DNA of 40,118 bases, filler included, from Candidatus Woesearchaeota archaeon (lineage in GTDB: Archaea > Nanobdellota > Nanobdellia > Woesearchaeales > JACPBO01): the NCBI GenBank assembly GCA_016180285.1. It is 2 parts of 2 records of this genome, joined end to end, with 100 filler letters (N's around TTAATTAATTAA, not from the genome) between each part and the next. Parts side by side here need not be neighbours in the genome. Positions count along the whole stretch, not along the records: positions 1 to 25,322 come from JACPBO010000005.1; 1 more part is not named here. One strand, 5' to 3'. The position numbers and the translations under genes are program-made. The notes below the pieces were generated by a model. It was given only the letters and a program-made list of their open reading frames with translations. It ran no database searches and was not told the origin of the DNA. How positions within the stretch are numbered: the first letter of the stretch is position 1; each line of letters opens with the position of its first letter. Positions 1 through 8,892 of the stretch are shown one piece after another.

Positions 1-172
1 GCTTCTTGTTATATTTTGGATCAAAAACAATCTGAGTAATGCCGTATCTGTCCCTTAGATCAATAAAGATTATTCCTCCGTGATCCCTTCTGCTGTGGTT
101 CCAGCCGCATAAGGTTACCTTTTTCCCAATTTCCTTTTTGGCCAATTCGCCGCAAGTGTTGGTTCTTTTCAT
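1..172 (-). CDS. aspS: Aspartyl-tRNA synthetase, bacterial type, N-terminal part (runs off the window edge)
   Basis: Manual translation from ATG at 172: [52 protein letters not shown]. This matches the OB-fold start of bacterial AspRS (RT..CG...V.LCGW...RRDHGG.IFIDLRD..G..Q.VF.P). Confidence 0.9.
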   Translation of the reverse strand, partial: MKRTNTCGELAKKEIGKKVTLCGWNHSRRDHGGIIFIDLRDRYGITQIVFDPKYNKK

Positions 173-269
173 AGCATAGTGGATTTGAGAAAGGGTATAT
201 AAAATTGTTGGTTTTGCGAACTGAAAAAAAAGGAAACATTTAAAAATATAAAAATCAAGTCAATGAAAA

Positions 270-2027
270 ATGGCAAAAAAGAGGCCTATTGCAGCAAATT
301 CAAAACTCATTTTTGCAGCTATTGTCCTGATCCTTCTTGCTGCGGTTATATTGTCAACGAACAGCTCAATAACAGGGAATGTTTTTGCAAAAATTATACA
401 AAAAGCATCTACAACGCAGATAACCGCCATAAAAAGCATTTCAAATGTAACAGGCAACACTTCGAATGGAACCAGTTCGGCAGTGACCTCTTCAAATATA
501 ACTGGCTCTGCAGCGATTTTGGAATCAGCCAAACTGGTGAAAATACCCGCTACAGCCACGGGAGAGGATATGCTAGTCCCTCTTGAGGGCGTTAGAAGAA
601 TCTTGACCATAGGAGAAACATGGTCAAATTTTGCCTTTGGTTATGATATAAGGGTATTGTCAATTGACGCAAGGGCAAGCCCGAAACAGGTTTTGATTGC
701 TGTTTACAAGAACGGCACACTGAAGGATGATGCAATAGTCAACGAAAGCAAATTTTATGATTATGTAGAGGGAAGGTATATGAATTACAGCAACCTCATC
801 ATCTTTAGAATTAATATGAGCAGGGTTTTTGCCGGGTCTACTAGCGACATGGTTGATTTGAAAGAGAATTATGTTAGCTCTATAGCGGTTAATGCATGCA
901 ATCCAGAATGGGGGTGCTACACTGGTGAATGCTTGAATTACAAGATAAAAAGAGAGAACTGTGCTGATTCAAACAGCTGCCATAAATCAGAAGGGCAGCC
1001 TCCTGCCATAGAGAGCTGCCAGGGCAATAAAACATTGTCTACTGGGCAAACCTGGGCGCTCGATTATGATAGCTCTCTTCAGGCTATTTCAATTGACGCG
1101 AGGGCGAGCCCAAAACAGGCATGGCTTGCTCTTACTTCACGCTACAGCCCAAGCGGCCAGGATAGCGGGATTGGCGGAGAGGGAGAGCTATTTGAGATTG
1201 CAGAGAGATGGAGGGGATATGATAATGTTACTGTTTTCAGCACAAGAATCGATTCAATATATGCTGGCGCAGCCAGTGATATGGCAAGGTTCAAGGATAC
1301 ATATATTCTTTCTGCAGACTTATGCGCCTGCGAGCAGCTGTGGAGATGCGGTGCATGGAGTAGTTGTGTTAATAGCGTAAAAACAAGGGCTTGCATTGAC
1401 TTATCAAATTGCAGCAGCAACTGGTCAGCATCTGACCTAGAAATCAACTGCAATGTCGGACTTCCTCTTACGGCCCTCCCATGCGTGCCTTCTGTAGCGG
1501 ACACAGGCACAGCAGTCATGAGAAATGCAACTGTATATTCGAGTCTGAATTTAAGCGGAGAATCGCAGAATGCCAGCATTACTGCAGTCCTCCAGAATCA
1601 GACTTTACATGCTGCTGGCCAGAGCCAGACCCAGGCTTCAGGAATTACCGTGGAAGAAGCAGCAGAAATCACTGTTGAAAAAGAATCTGAAGATAAAACG
1701 ATTATAAGAAGAGGAAATAGTGTTGTAGAAACGCAACTGGATATTACAGAAGAATCATTGCAATTATATATCAACAGCTCGGAAGGCGAAGAAAATAAAA
1801 TAATTTTCCCTGACAGAGCCATTTCCAAAATCCGCGAAAGCGGAACTATAAAAAAGGCAGTTCTTGAAAAAGAGAATGGAAGGGCAGTCTATCATATATA
1901 TGCGACAAAAAAGGTAAAACTATTCTTGATCTTTAGCGCATCATTGAATGAAGAAATAAAAATTGATGCTGAAAGCGGAGAGGTAATAGAAACTAAAACT
2001 CCGTGGTGGGCGTTTCTCACAAAGTAA
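270..2027 (+). CDS. Cell-surface protein: N-terminal signal/TM, two S-layer-like repeat domains, Cys-rich modules, C-terminal PepSY-like domain
   Basis: 585 aa ORF with a hydrophobic N-terminus and many N-x-S/T sequons. A duplicated domain carries SIDARASPKQ...(F/Y)AG..SDM, followed by C..W.C..W..C....TR.C.D...C modules. The C-terminus reads VYHI...KLF..F......IDAESGEVI...PWW. Confidence 0.8.
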   Translation: MAKKRPIAANSKLIFAAIVLILLAAVILSTNSSITGNVFAKIIQKASTTQITAIKSISNVTGNTSNGTSSAVTSSNITGSAAILESAKLVKIPATATGEDMLVPLEGVRRILTIGETWSNFAFGYDIRVLSIDARASPKQVLIAVYKNGTLKDDAIVNESKFYDYVEGRYMNYSNLIIFRINMSRVFAGSTSDMVDLKENYVSSIAVNACNPEWGCYTGECLNYKIKRENCADSNSCHKSEGQPPAIESCQGNKTLSTGQTWALDYDSSLQAISIDARASPKQAWLALTSRYSPSGQDSGIGGEGELFEIAERWRGYDNVTVFSTRIDSIYAGAASDMARFKDTYILSADLCACEQLWRCGAWSSCVNSVKTRACIDLSNCSSNWSASDLEINCNVGLPLTALPCVPSVADTGTAVMRNATVYSSLNLSGESQNASITAVLQNQTLHAAGQSQTQASGITVEEAAEITVEKESEDKTIIRRGNSVVETQLDITEESLQLYINSSEGEENKIIFPDRAISKIRESGTIKKAVLEKENGRAVYHIYATKKVKLFLIFSASLNEEIKIDAESGEVIETKTPWWAFLTK

Positions 2028-2047
2028 AACCAAAAACAAACCAAAAA

Positions 2048-2055
2048 TTTATAAA
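2048..2055 (+). promoter_or_regulatory. Archaeal TATA box for RNase P RNA
   Basis: TTTATAAA preceded by an A-rich BRE, about 25 nt upstream of the RNA 5' end. Confidence 0.6.
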
Positions 2056-2076
2056 TAAAAACCAATTATTCCATTA

Positions 2077-2481
2077 TGCAGGGTGAATACTCAGTTGACG
2101 GTTCCCCAGAGGGGTTTCCGAACGAAAGTGAAGATACCTTTAGTGGAGCTGAGGAAAGTCCACCCACCCCTCCATTCACGGAGGAAGAAGCCACTCGCGG
2201 CAGCGAGTTCCAGCAATGGACGGCAACGTCACAGAAACGAAACGGCCTTTAAAATGGGATGATGCAGTGAAGCTGTTGGCAACAACAGCAAGATGCTTGG
2301 AAATTCCCTAAGAATTTCCGGCACATCAAGGAAACCTTGATGTAACCTGTTGACGCCTTTAAAGGATGCGGTGAAACGGGCAGCCCTGGCTGGTGCAAGT
2401 TCGCAAAGAACGCTTAGTTAAATACTGAGGCGGATGGTCTGAATAAGCATCCGACAGAAGGTGGCTTATTTTCACCCTGCA
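2077..2481 (+). ncRNA. rnpB: RNase P RNA
   Basis: Terminal helix TGCAGGGTGAA/TTCACCCTGCA. Conserved regions present: GAGGAAAGTCC (CR-I), ACAGAAAC (CR-II), GTGAAAC (CR-III) and ACAGAAGGTGGCTTAT (CR-V, pairing with GTCCACC). Confidence 0.95.
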
Positions 2482-2501
2482 TTTTAAATTACAAGGTAAA
2501 A

Positions 2502-2675
2502 ATGGCGCAAGACAAAGTATCAATGCCGACAAGCACAGCAGGAATCACGAGATATTTTGACGACTACAAATCAAAAGTAGAATTCAAACCCGGCATGATT
2601 GTTATTTTTTCTATAATTGTCATCATAATTATGCTTATTCTGCACGCTTACGGCAGCGCTTTGTTAGGCATATAG
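2502..2675 (+). CDS. secG: Preprotein translocase subunit Sec61beta/SecG
   Basis: Below the ORF-track cutoff. Manual translation MAQDKVSMPTSTAGITRYFDDYKSKVEFKPGMIVIFSIIVIIIMLILH (57 aa) has the AG..RYF.....F.P motif plus one TM helix. Confidence 0.9.
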   Translation: MAQDKVSMPTSTAGITRYFDDYKSKVEFKPGMIVIFSIIVIIIMLILHAYGSALLGI

Positions 2676-2685
2676 AGGTTGTAAC

Positions 2686-3021
2686 ATGTTCCCAGGAATA
2701 GACCCAAGACAGATGCAGCAGGCTATGAAAAAGCTTGGCATGAAGCAGGAAGAGATAGAAGCAACAGAAGTCATAATAAAATGCGAAGATAAAGATATTG
2801 TAATAACTAATCCCAGCGTTCAGAAAGTGAATATGATGGGCCAGGAGTCATTTCAGATCAGCGGGACTGCCAATGAAATGGAAAAAGGCATCGATATCTC
2901 AGAAGATGATGTTAAGACTGTAATGGAACAAGCAAATGTTGATGAAGAATCTGCAAAAAAAGCATTAAAGGAATCAAATGGCGACATTGCAGAGGCGATA
3001 TTGAAGCTAAAAAGCCAGTGA
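2686..3021 (+). CDS. nac: Nascent polypeptide-associated complex protein
   Basis: DPRQMQQAMKKLGM..EEIEATEVII NAC domain and a C-terminal UBA domain (DV..VMEQANV...A..AL...NGDIAEAI). Confidence 0.95.
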   Translation: MFPGIDPRQMQQAMKKLGMKQEEIEATEVIIKCEDKDIVITNPSVQKVNMMGQESFQISGTANEMEKGIDISEDDVKTVMEQANVDEESAKKALKESNGDIAEAILKLKSQ

Positions 3022-3065
3022 AAAATTCTAAACATTTTTATACTTCTCTGATTTAACTGTCTAAA

Positions 3066-3563
3066 ATGGAGCAATACGAGGAGGCTATCCAGAAGGCTAA
3101 AAAGAACATTGCAGTAGCTGACCATATGATGTCTGTTACGTATACTTTGCTGAAGGATCCAAGGCTGCTTCTTTCGATCATAGACAATGTTTTCCTGGCA
3201 TTGACATATTCCATGTCTGCGCTGCTTTATTATGAGAGGCTCTATAAGTCAATTCCTCCTTTTAATGACACCTTTGAGCCAAAATTTATGATTTTCAGGG
3301 AAAGGATGCAGAAATACGGGATAAGCAAGGATTATGCCGGCCTGATAAGAGAGGTTAAAGACGTCATAGTGAGCCATAAAAAAAGCCCTGTTGAATTCAT
3401 AAGAAAGGACAGGTTTGTCATATGCTCTGACAATTACAGGATGAACACCATATCACTGGACAGCATAAAGAAATACGTGGCAAAAACAAAGTTATTTATT
3501 CAAGTTATTGATACCATATTGAAAAAGAGCGAATATGAGCGAATACCTAGAGTCTTTAGCTGA
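3066..3563 (+). CDS. Conserved hypothetical protein (helical), paralog of the next gene
   Basis: 165 aa ORF in the operon; shares A......DH...V...... and ..EF.R....V/I motifs with 3535..4017. Confidence 0.75.
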   Translation: MEQYEEAIQKAKKNIAVADHMMSVTYTLLKDPRLLLSIIDNVFLALTYSMSALLYYERLYKSIPPFNDTFEPKFMIFRERMQKYGISKDYAGLIREVKDVIVSHKKSPVEFIRKDRFVICSDNYRMNTISLDSIKKYVAKTKLFIQVIDTILKKSEYERIPRVFS

Positions 3564-4017
3564 AGCAAAAGAGGAGCTTAAAAGGGTTGACCATTTAATA
3601 TATGTAAGCCTGAAGTACACCAGGACAGTGGATGTCATAAAGAGCATAATAGAAAGGATGATCAATGCCTTTGACTTTTCCATAAGAGCCGGCTTAGAAT
3701 ATGCAAAGGTGAAGAAGAAGATAAAGGCGATTCCGTCAAATGTTGTTGAGCGGGGCAGTGTTTTTCTCAATTTGTTTAAGTCAGAAGATGAAAGTTTAAA
3801 GGACTATATTGATTTTTACATTTTACTGAGGAAGATAAACAGGGCTCATTTTGAAAGGGCCAGAGAATTCAGAAGGCACGTTACAATGACTGCTTTTCTG
3901 GAAGAAGGAGAGATTGAGATTGACATTGACATAATAACCGAATATTACCATAAAATAAGAAATTTTATAATCATAATTGAAAATATTATAAATCCATCCA
4001 AGGATAAAAATGACTAA
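3535..4017 (+). CDS. Conserved hypothetical protein (helical), paralog of the previous gene
   Basis: 160 aa ORF overlapping both neighbours; AKEELKRVDHLIYVSLKYTRT...REFRRHVTM. Confidence 0.75.
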   Translation: MSEYLESLAEAKEELKRVDHLIYVSLKYTRTVDVIKSIIERMINAFDFSIRAGLEYAKVKKKIKAIPSNVVERGSVFLNLFKSEDESLKDYIDFYILLRKINRAHFERAREFRRHVTMTAFLEEGEIEIDIDIITEYYHKIRNFIIIIENIINPSKDKND

Positions 4018-4717
4018 GTTTGTTGCAATTGCTTCGGCAAAAGGCGGAGTGGGAAAAACAACCACCGCAATTAACCTGGGAATAGCGCTCAGCAGCTATG
4101 GCAGGGATGTCACGCTTGTTGACGGCAATTTGACTAATCCGAATATTGGGTTATTTCTCGGAGTTCCGATTCTGGCAGCAACCTTGCATGATGTCTTGAT
4201 TGGAAAAAAGCACATTTCTGAAGCAACATATCTTCATCCCAGCGGATTAAAGCTTGTGACTGGCTCGCTTTCTTTTTCAAACATTGACGAGAATGCAAGC
4301 GGAAGATTAAAAGGCGCTTTAAGGGATTTGAATGGAGCAACTGAAATCGCAATTATTGACACAGCTGCAACTTTGGGAAAGCATGCTGCTGATGCAATTA
4401 AAGCAGCAGATGAGCTGATTGTTGTAACAAACCCGGATCTTCCGTCTGTGACAGATGCGCTTAAAACAATAAAATTAGCTGAGGAGAATGGCGTTTCAAC
4501 TATCGGCATTGTGCTGAACAAGGTTAAAAACGATGAAAACGAGCTGAGCGCTGAAAATGTTGAATCCATTTTAGAGAAAACTGTGATCGGCATAATTCCG
4601 CATGATGACAATGTAAGAAAGGCTCTTTTTTTAAAGCATCCTGTTGCTTATTTTGAGCCTAATGCTCCGGCTTCCGCTGCTTTCAGAAAACTTGCTTCGC
4701 TTTTGGTGAGAAAATGA
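4010..4717 (+). CDS. minD: MinD/ParA-family ATPase (archaeal MinD)
   Basis: Deviant Walker A KGGVGKTT, then VDGNLTNPN, IIDTAA and IPHDDNVRKA...HPV. Confidence 0.9.
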   Translation: MTKFVAIASAKGGVGKTTTAINLGIALSSYGRDVTLVDGNLTNPNIGLFLGVPILAATLHDVLIGKKHISEATYLHPSGLKLVTGSLSFSNIDENASGRLKGALRDLNGATEIAIIDTAATLGKHAADAIKAADELIVVTNPDLPSVTDALKTIKLAEENGVSTIGIVLNKVKNDENELSAENVESILEKTVIGIIPHDDNVRKALFLKHPVAYFEPNAPASAAFRKLASLLVRK

Positions 4718-5244
4718 GCACGCTGCAGCAAAGATTGAAGCAAAAGGGGTGGTCTGATGCAGAGGTAGCAAGAGTTTCAAATGTATTCGGCAGAAAGGAG
4801 CCTAAAAAGGGAAAGTTTGTTTATTGGTTTTCGCTTGTTGTTGCAATAGCCGGAAATGGAATTTTGTCAGTTGTGCTTGTTCCTTTTCTTCTGGCTTTAA
4901 AGGGTTTTTTTCTTTATGCAATAATCGTAATAATCAGCCTTGCTTTCGGCTCTCTGTTCAATCTTTTATTAAAGGATATTGAAACTGCTGATGAAAAGCA
5001 GCACGTCATTGCGTGGATCTTCATCCCGGCTCTTGCGATAATCAATATTTATTTCATGACAGACATGTCGAATTACCTGATAAAGCTGCTTAAGCTGACT
5101 AATCCGCTGCAGGATCCATTCCTGGTCAGCATTGTTTATGTCTTTTCTTTCAGCATGCCTTATCTGATCGCGCTTGTGAAGAAGCAGGCGGAAAGAACAG
5201 AGATGCCACGGACCAGCTACAGCTATCCGCCGATTTCTCAGTAA
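4714..5244 (+). CDS. Hypothetical membrane protein (about 4 TM)
   Basis: 176 aa; ATGA overlap with minD; four hydrophobic segments; N-terminal L..KGWS..E. Confidence 0.75.
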   Translation: MSTLQQRLKQKGWSDAEVARVSNVFGRKEPKKGKFVYWFSLVVAIAGNGILSVVLVPFLLALKGFFLYAIIVIISLAFGSLFNLLLKDIETADEKQHVIAWIFIPALAIINIYFMTDMSNYLIKLLKLTNPLQDPFLVSIVYVFSFSMPYLIALVKKQAERTEMPRTSYSYPPISQ

Positions 5245-5246
5245 AT

Positions 5247-5316
5247 TGTCAAAAACCACCAGCATAGATTAACGGATGTTGCTACTAGTTACTGCATCAT
5301 GTGGTTTTTGAGCATG
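5247..5316. repeat. Palindromic MITE/REP-like element (TGTCAAAAA...TTTTTGAGCATG family)
   Basis: Stem TCAAAAACCAC/GTGGTTTTTGA; the same ends occur inverted at 23238-23313. Confidence 0.55.
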
Positions 5317-5425
5317 CTCGGAAATATACTGGCTTCGGTGATACGGCTGTATTTTTTTCCATTAATTTTATAAATACAGTATATTTCCGACATATTTAAA
5401 CCAAAGCGGTTTTTAAGTTGCTATT

Positions 5426-5497
5426 GGCGATCATAGTTCAATGGCAGAATAGAGGCCTGTGGAGCCTCGGAAGCGAGTTCGATTCTCGCTGATCGCC
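5426..5497 (+). tRNA. tRNA-His(GUG), with genome-encoded G-1
   Basis: Acceptor GCGATCA/TGATCGC, anticodon arm GAGGC-CT GTG GA-GCCTC, T-loop TTCGATT, C73; G at 5426 opposite C73. Confidence 0.95.
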
Positions 5498-5748
5498 TTT
5501 TTTTTAGCATCTATTCAACTATATCATTCTTGCCGCACGCCACCACATTGGCGCTGACGGACAATTTTTTTCAAAAAATTATCCTATTCGCCACCCCGCA
5601 AATGGTTACGCTCATTTGACACGCAATGTGGAGCATTAAGCTCCACGCCACGACTGGCATCCAAAACAATCTGGTCGTGGCATGAGGCTTTATGCATCAT
5701 ATGTTTTTGCCAAGTTTTTGCTAAAAACTTGAGGGACAACCCCCGGCT

Positions 5749-5862
5749 CATCAGCGCCGACGTGGCGTGCGGCGAGGAGGGGTTGCTCCCTACGGGAAAC
5801 CGAGCAGGGCAAAACGAGCGAAGCGAGTTTTGGCCGTCGCACCGCCATAGTCGGCGCTGATG
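5749..5862 (+). repeat. Structured three-way-junction repeat, copy A
   Basis: Outer stem CATCAGCGCCGAC/GTCGGCGCTGATG; core GAGG..GG..TCC-CTACG-GGA..GAGCA-GGGCAAAAC..GTTTTGGCC shared with 26173-26289 and 26298-26403. Confidence 0.7.
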
Positions 5863-6007
5863 TCTGTTACTTATGTAAATGCCATTTTTTACGAAATCTT
5901 TTTAAATAAACCCCCATTCTAGAGTTTTAAAGCCCGAGTTTACCGGTGTAGGCGTTCATAGGGTTTAATGCTAGCTTACATTATTCTCGGCCATATGGTT
6001 TATCAAA

Positions 6008-6496
6008 ATGGAAGAAAAGCACGAATTCAGGCACCTTGTAAGAATCATGCAGACAGATCTCGACGGAAACAAGGCAATAGCCATGGCTCTCAGGAAAATA
6101 AAGGGGATTAATTTCATGCTGTCCAATGCTGTATGCAGGATGGCGAATGTGGAAAAAACAAAAAAGGCAGGAGACCTTTCTGATGAGGATGTTCTGAAAG
6201 TAGAGACTGTAATCAGGGATCCTTTGAAATTCAAAATTCCTGTCTGGATGCTGAACAGAAGAAAGGACTATGAAACTGGCAGCGACATGCATTTGTTTGC
6301 CGCTGACCTTGACTTTGCAAAAGGCAATGACATAAAAATACTGAAGAAAATAAAGAGCAGAAGGGGGATAAGGCACACTGCAGGATTGCCATTGCGCGGA
6401 CAGAGAACAAAATCAAATTTCAGAAGAACAAAAAGCAAGGGCAAAGGAACTCTTGGCGTAATTAAAAGAGCGGGCGCCAAGCCCGGAAAGGTATAA
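6008..6496 (+). CDS. rps13: 30S ribosomal protein uS13
   Basis: FRHLVRI..TDLDG.K...AL..IKGI; P.WMLNRRKD.ETG; RGIRH..GLPLRGQRTKSNFR. Confidence 0.98.
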   Translation: MEEKHEFRHLVRIMQTDLDGNKAIAMALRKIKGINFMLSNAVCRMANVEKTKKAGDLSDEDVLKVETVIRDPLKFKIPVWMLNRRKDYETGSDMHLFAADLDFAKGNDIKILKKIKSRRGIRHTAGLPLRGQRTKSNFRRTKSKGKGTLGVIKRAGAKPGKV

Positions 6497-6501
6497 GCAA
6501 A

Positions 6502-7125
6502 ATGGGAGACCCTAAAAAACAAAGAAAGAAATATCATCCGCCGCGCCACCCATGGCAGGGCGCAAGAATAGATGAAGAGAACGAGATTCTGAAAGAATAC
6601 GGGCTGAAGAATAAGAAAGAGATATGGAAAATGAAGTCTGTTTTGGGCAATGTCGCTGCGCAAGCCAAACAATTAGCAGGAAAGCCAAGTGTGCAGTCTG
6701 AGAAAGAAAAAATTTTGCTGTTAAAAAAACTTTCCTCATTGGGCCTGATAGCTGAAAATGCGCAGTTGGAAGATGTTTTGGCATTAACATTGAGCAACAT
6801 ACTTGACAGAAGGCTTCAAACATTTGTATTTAAAAAGGCATTGGCAAAAAGCATGAAGCAGGCAAAGCAGTTTATCACTCACGGCCACATACTTGTCGGA
6901 GATAAAAAAATAAGCGCGCCATCTTATTTTGTGCTGAGGGAAGAGGAAGGCAGAATTTCATTTTCAACAAAAAGCCCTTTAATCAGCGAGACGCATGCTG
7001 AAAGGGCAAAAACAGAAAGTAAAAAGAAAAAAATCCATAAAGAAAGAATAAGGGAAAGAAAATGGGGCGGCCGGGGAAGGCAGGAAAGAAGAAATAAAAA
7101 TGACAAAAACACAAGGCGATTCTGA
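6502..7125 (+). CDS. rps4: 30S ribosomal protein uS4
   Basis: [33 protein letters not shown]....[15 protein letters not shown]. Confidence 0.98.
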   Translation: MGDPKKQRKKYHPPRHPWQGARIDEENEILKEYGLKNKKEIWKMKSVLGNVAAQAKQLAGKPSVQSEKEKILLLKKLSSLGLIAENAQLEDVLALTLSNILDRRLQTFVFKKALAKSMKQAKQFITHGHILVGDKKISAPSYFVLREEEGRISFSTKSPLISETHAERAKTESKKKKIHKERIRERKWGGRGRQERRNKNDKNTRRF

Positions 7126-7606
7126 GAATAAGCAATCTCAAGCGCCGCAAAATAATGCTGAGAATGCAAAAGGGAATTCTCGGCCGCAAGGCAGAGAGGC
7201 TGAAAGGCATTACAGAGAAGAAACCAGATGGGGGGTTGCGCACATCTATTCCAGCTATAACAATACAATAATACACATCACAGATATAACGGGCACGGAA
7301 ACAATTGCGCTTACATCGGGCGGCCAGGTTGTGAAATCTGACAGAATGGAGAGTTCGCCTACTGCTGCAATGATTGCTGCAAAGAAGGCTGCTGAAATTG
7401 CATTTGAAAAGGGGCTTACAGGCATAAATGTAAAAATAAAGGCGCCTGGCGGGCATAATGGGCCTACAAATCCGGGTCCAGGAGCGCAAGCCGCTATAAG
7501 GGCATTGTCAAGAATGGGGCTGATAATCGGCATAATAGAAGATGTCACACCTATTCCGCACGATGGCTGCAGGAAAAAAGGCGGTAAAAGAGGGAGGCGG
7601 GTTTAA
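7100..7606 (+). CDS. rps11: 30S ribosomal protein uS11
   Basis: [57 protein letters not shown]. Confidence 0.98.
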   Translation: MTKTQGDSENKQSQAPQNNAENAKGNSRPQGREAERHYREETRWGVAHIYSSYNNTIIHITDITGTETIALTSGGQVVKSDRMESSPTAAMIAAKKAAEIAFEKGLTGINVKIKAPGGHNGPTNPGPGAQAAIRALSRMGLIIGIIEDVTPIPHDGCRKKGGKRGRRV

Positions 7607-8407
7607 ATGGAAATAAGGCTATTGGAAAATGACAAGAAGAATTTTAAGCTTTCATTTGTTATCAAGGATTCAACAGCTGCGATTGTAAATGCAGTAAGAA
7701 GAAATGCAATAAGCAAAGTTCTGACAATGGCAATTGAGGATGTAGAATTCAAGGAAAATTCGTCTGTTTTGTATGATGAAATTGTTGCGCACCGCCTGGG
7801 ATTGATTCCGCTGAAGACAGATCTGAGGTCATACACATTGCCAATCAAGTGCAAATGCGAGGGCAAAGGATGCGCCCATTGCCAGCTAAAGCTAACATTA
7901 AAGGCAAAAGGCCCTGCTGTTGTTTATGCTTCTGATATCAAGTCAAAAGATCCGAAAGTTGTTCCGGTTTATCCTGAAACTCCGATTGCAAAACTAACAA
8001 AAGGCCAGGAGCTTGAATTAGAAGCAACAGCTGTTCTCGGATCAGGAGAAGACCATATCAAGTGGAGCCCTGGTTTAGTTTACTACAAGAACAAGCCCAT
8101 TGTTGAAATTATAAAGGACTGTGAAAATAGGGAAGAGGTTGTTAAAGCCTGCCCGTTGAAAATATTTGAGCTGAAGGACGGGAAAATGTCAGTCAATAAG
8201 GATAATTTGCTTAAATGCCACCTGTGCGAAGCGTGCATCGACATATGCAGGCCAAAAGGAGCAATAAAAATCGATAAAAGCAATGATTTTGTTTTTTATG
8301 TTGAATCATGGGGACAGTTAAGCGCGAAGGAAATTGTCGAGCGGTCTTTGGACAGTTTCGATGATCAGCTTGACGGTTTCACAGAGGCACTCAAAAAAGC
8401 AAAGTGA
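7607..8407 (+). CDS. rpoD: RNA polymerase subunit D (Rpo3), with ferredoxin-like Fe-S insert
   Basis: NSSVLYDEIVAHRLGLIPL; G.G.DH.KW.P; C.LCEAC...C; FYVESWGQL. Confidence 0.97.
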   Translation: MEIRLLENDKKNFKLSFVIKDSTAAIVNAVRRNAISKVLTMAIEDVEFKENSSVLYDEIVAHRLGLIPLKTDLRSYTLPIKCKCEGKGCAHCQLKLTLKAKGPAVVYASDIKSKDPKVVPVYPETPIAKLTKGQELELEATAVLGSGEDHIKWSPGLVYYKNKPIVEIIKDCENREEVVKACPLKIFELKDGKMSVNKDNLLKCHLCEACIDICRPKGAIKIDKSNDFVFYVESWGQLSAKEIVERSLDSFDDQLDGFTEALKKAK

Positions 8408-8430
8408 CTCTCGCATTGCTCAGTGAATTT

Positions 8431-8514
8431 GCGGGAGTGCCGGAGCGGCCAAACGGGCTAGGTTGAGGGCCTAGTAGCTTAGTGCTTGCGCGAGTTCGAA
8501 TCTCGTCTCCCGCA
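8431..8514 (+). tRNA. tRNA-Leu(GAG)
   Basis: GCGGGAG/CTCCCGC acceptor, CTAGG-TT GAG GG-CCTAG anticodon arm, long variable arm, TTCGAAT; usual position between rpoD and rpl18e. Confidence 0.96.
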
Positions 8515-8531
8515 TTAACAAAAACAAGAAA

Positions 8532-8891
8532 ATGAAAACAGGACCAACAAACCAAATATTGAAGAAGCTCATAGAAGAGCTAAAGAGAATGAGCTATAAG
8601 GAAAAAGCCAACATATGGCACAGGATAGCTGATGATCTGGAAAGCTCTTCAAGAAAAAGAAGAATAGTGAATTTATCAAAGATAAGTCTTCATTCAAATG
8701 ACAACGAAACTGTTATTGTCCCTGGAAAAGTTCTGGGCTCGGGAGATTTGATGCACAAGGTGAATATTGCTGCATGGCAGTTTTCGCAGTCTGCAATTGA
8801 AAAGATCAAGGCTTCAAAAAACAAATTTTTCACGATAGATGAAATAATGGAAAAAAATCCCAAGGGAAAGGACCTGAGGATAATAGGCTAA
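8532..8891 (+). CDS. rpl18e: 50S ribosomal protein eL18
   Basis: TN..L..LI.EL; W..IA..L....R.R..VNLSKI; VIVPGKVLGSG; NPKG. Confidence 0.97.
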   Translation: MKTGPTNQILKKLIEELKRMSYKEKANIWHRIADDLESSSRKRRIVNLSKISLHSNDNETVIVPGKVLGSGDLMHKVNIAAWQFSQSAIEKIKASKNKFFTIDEIMEKNPKGKDLRIIG

Positions 8892-8892
8892 A

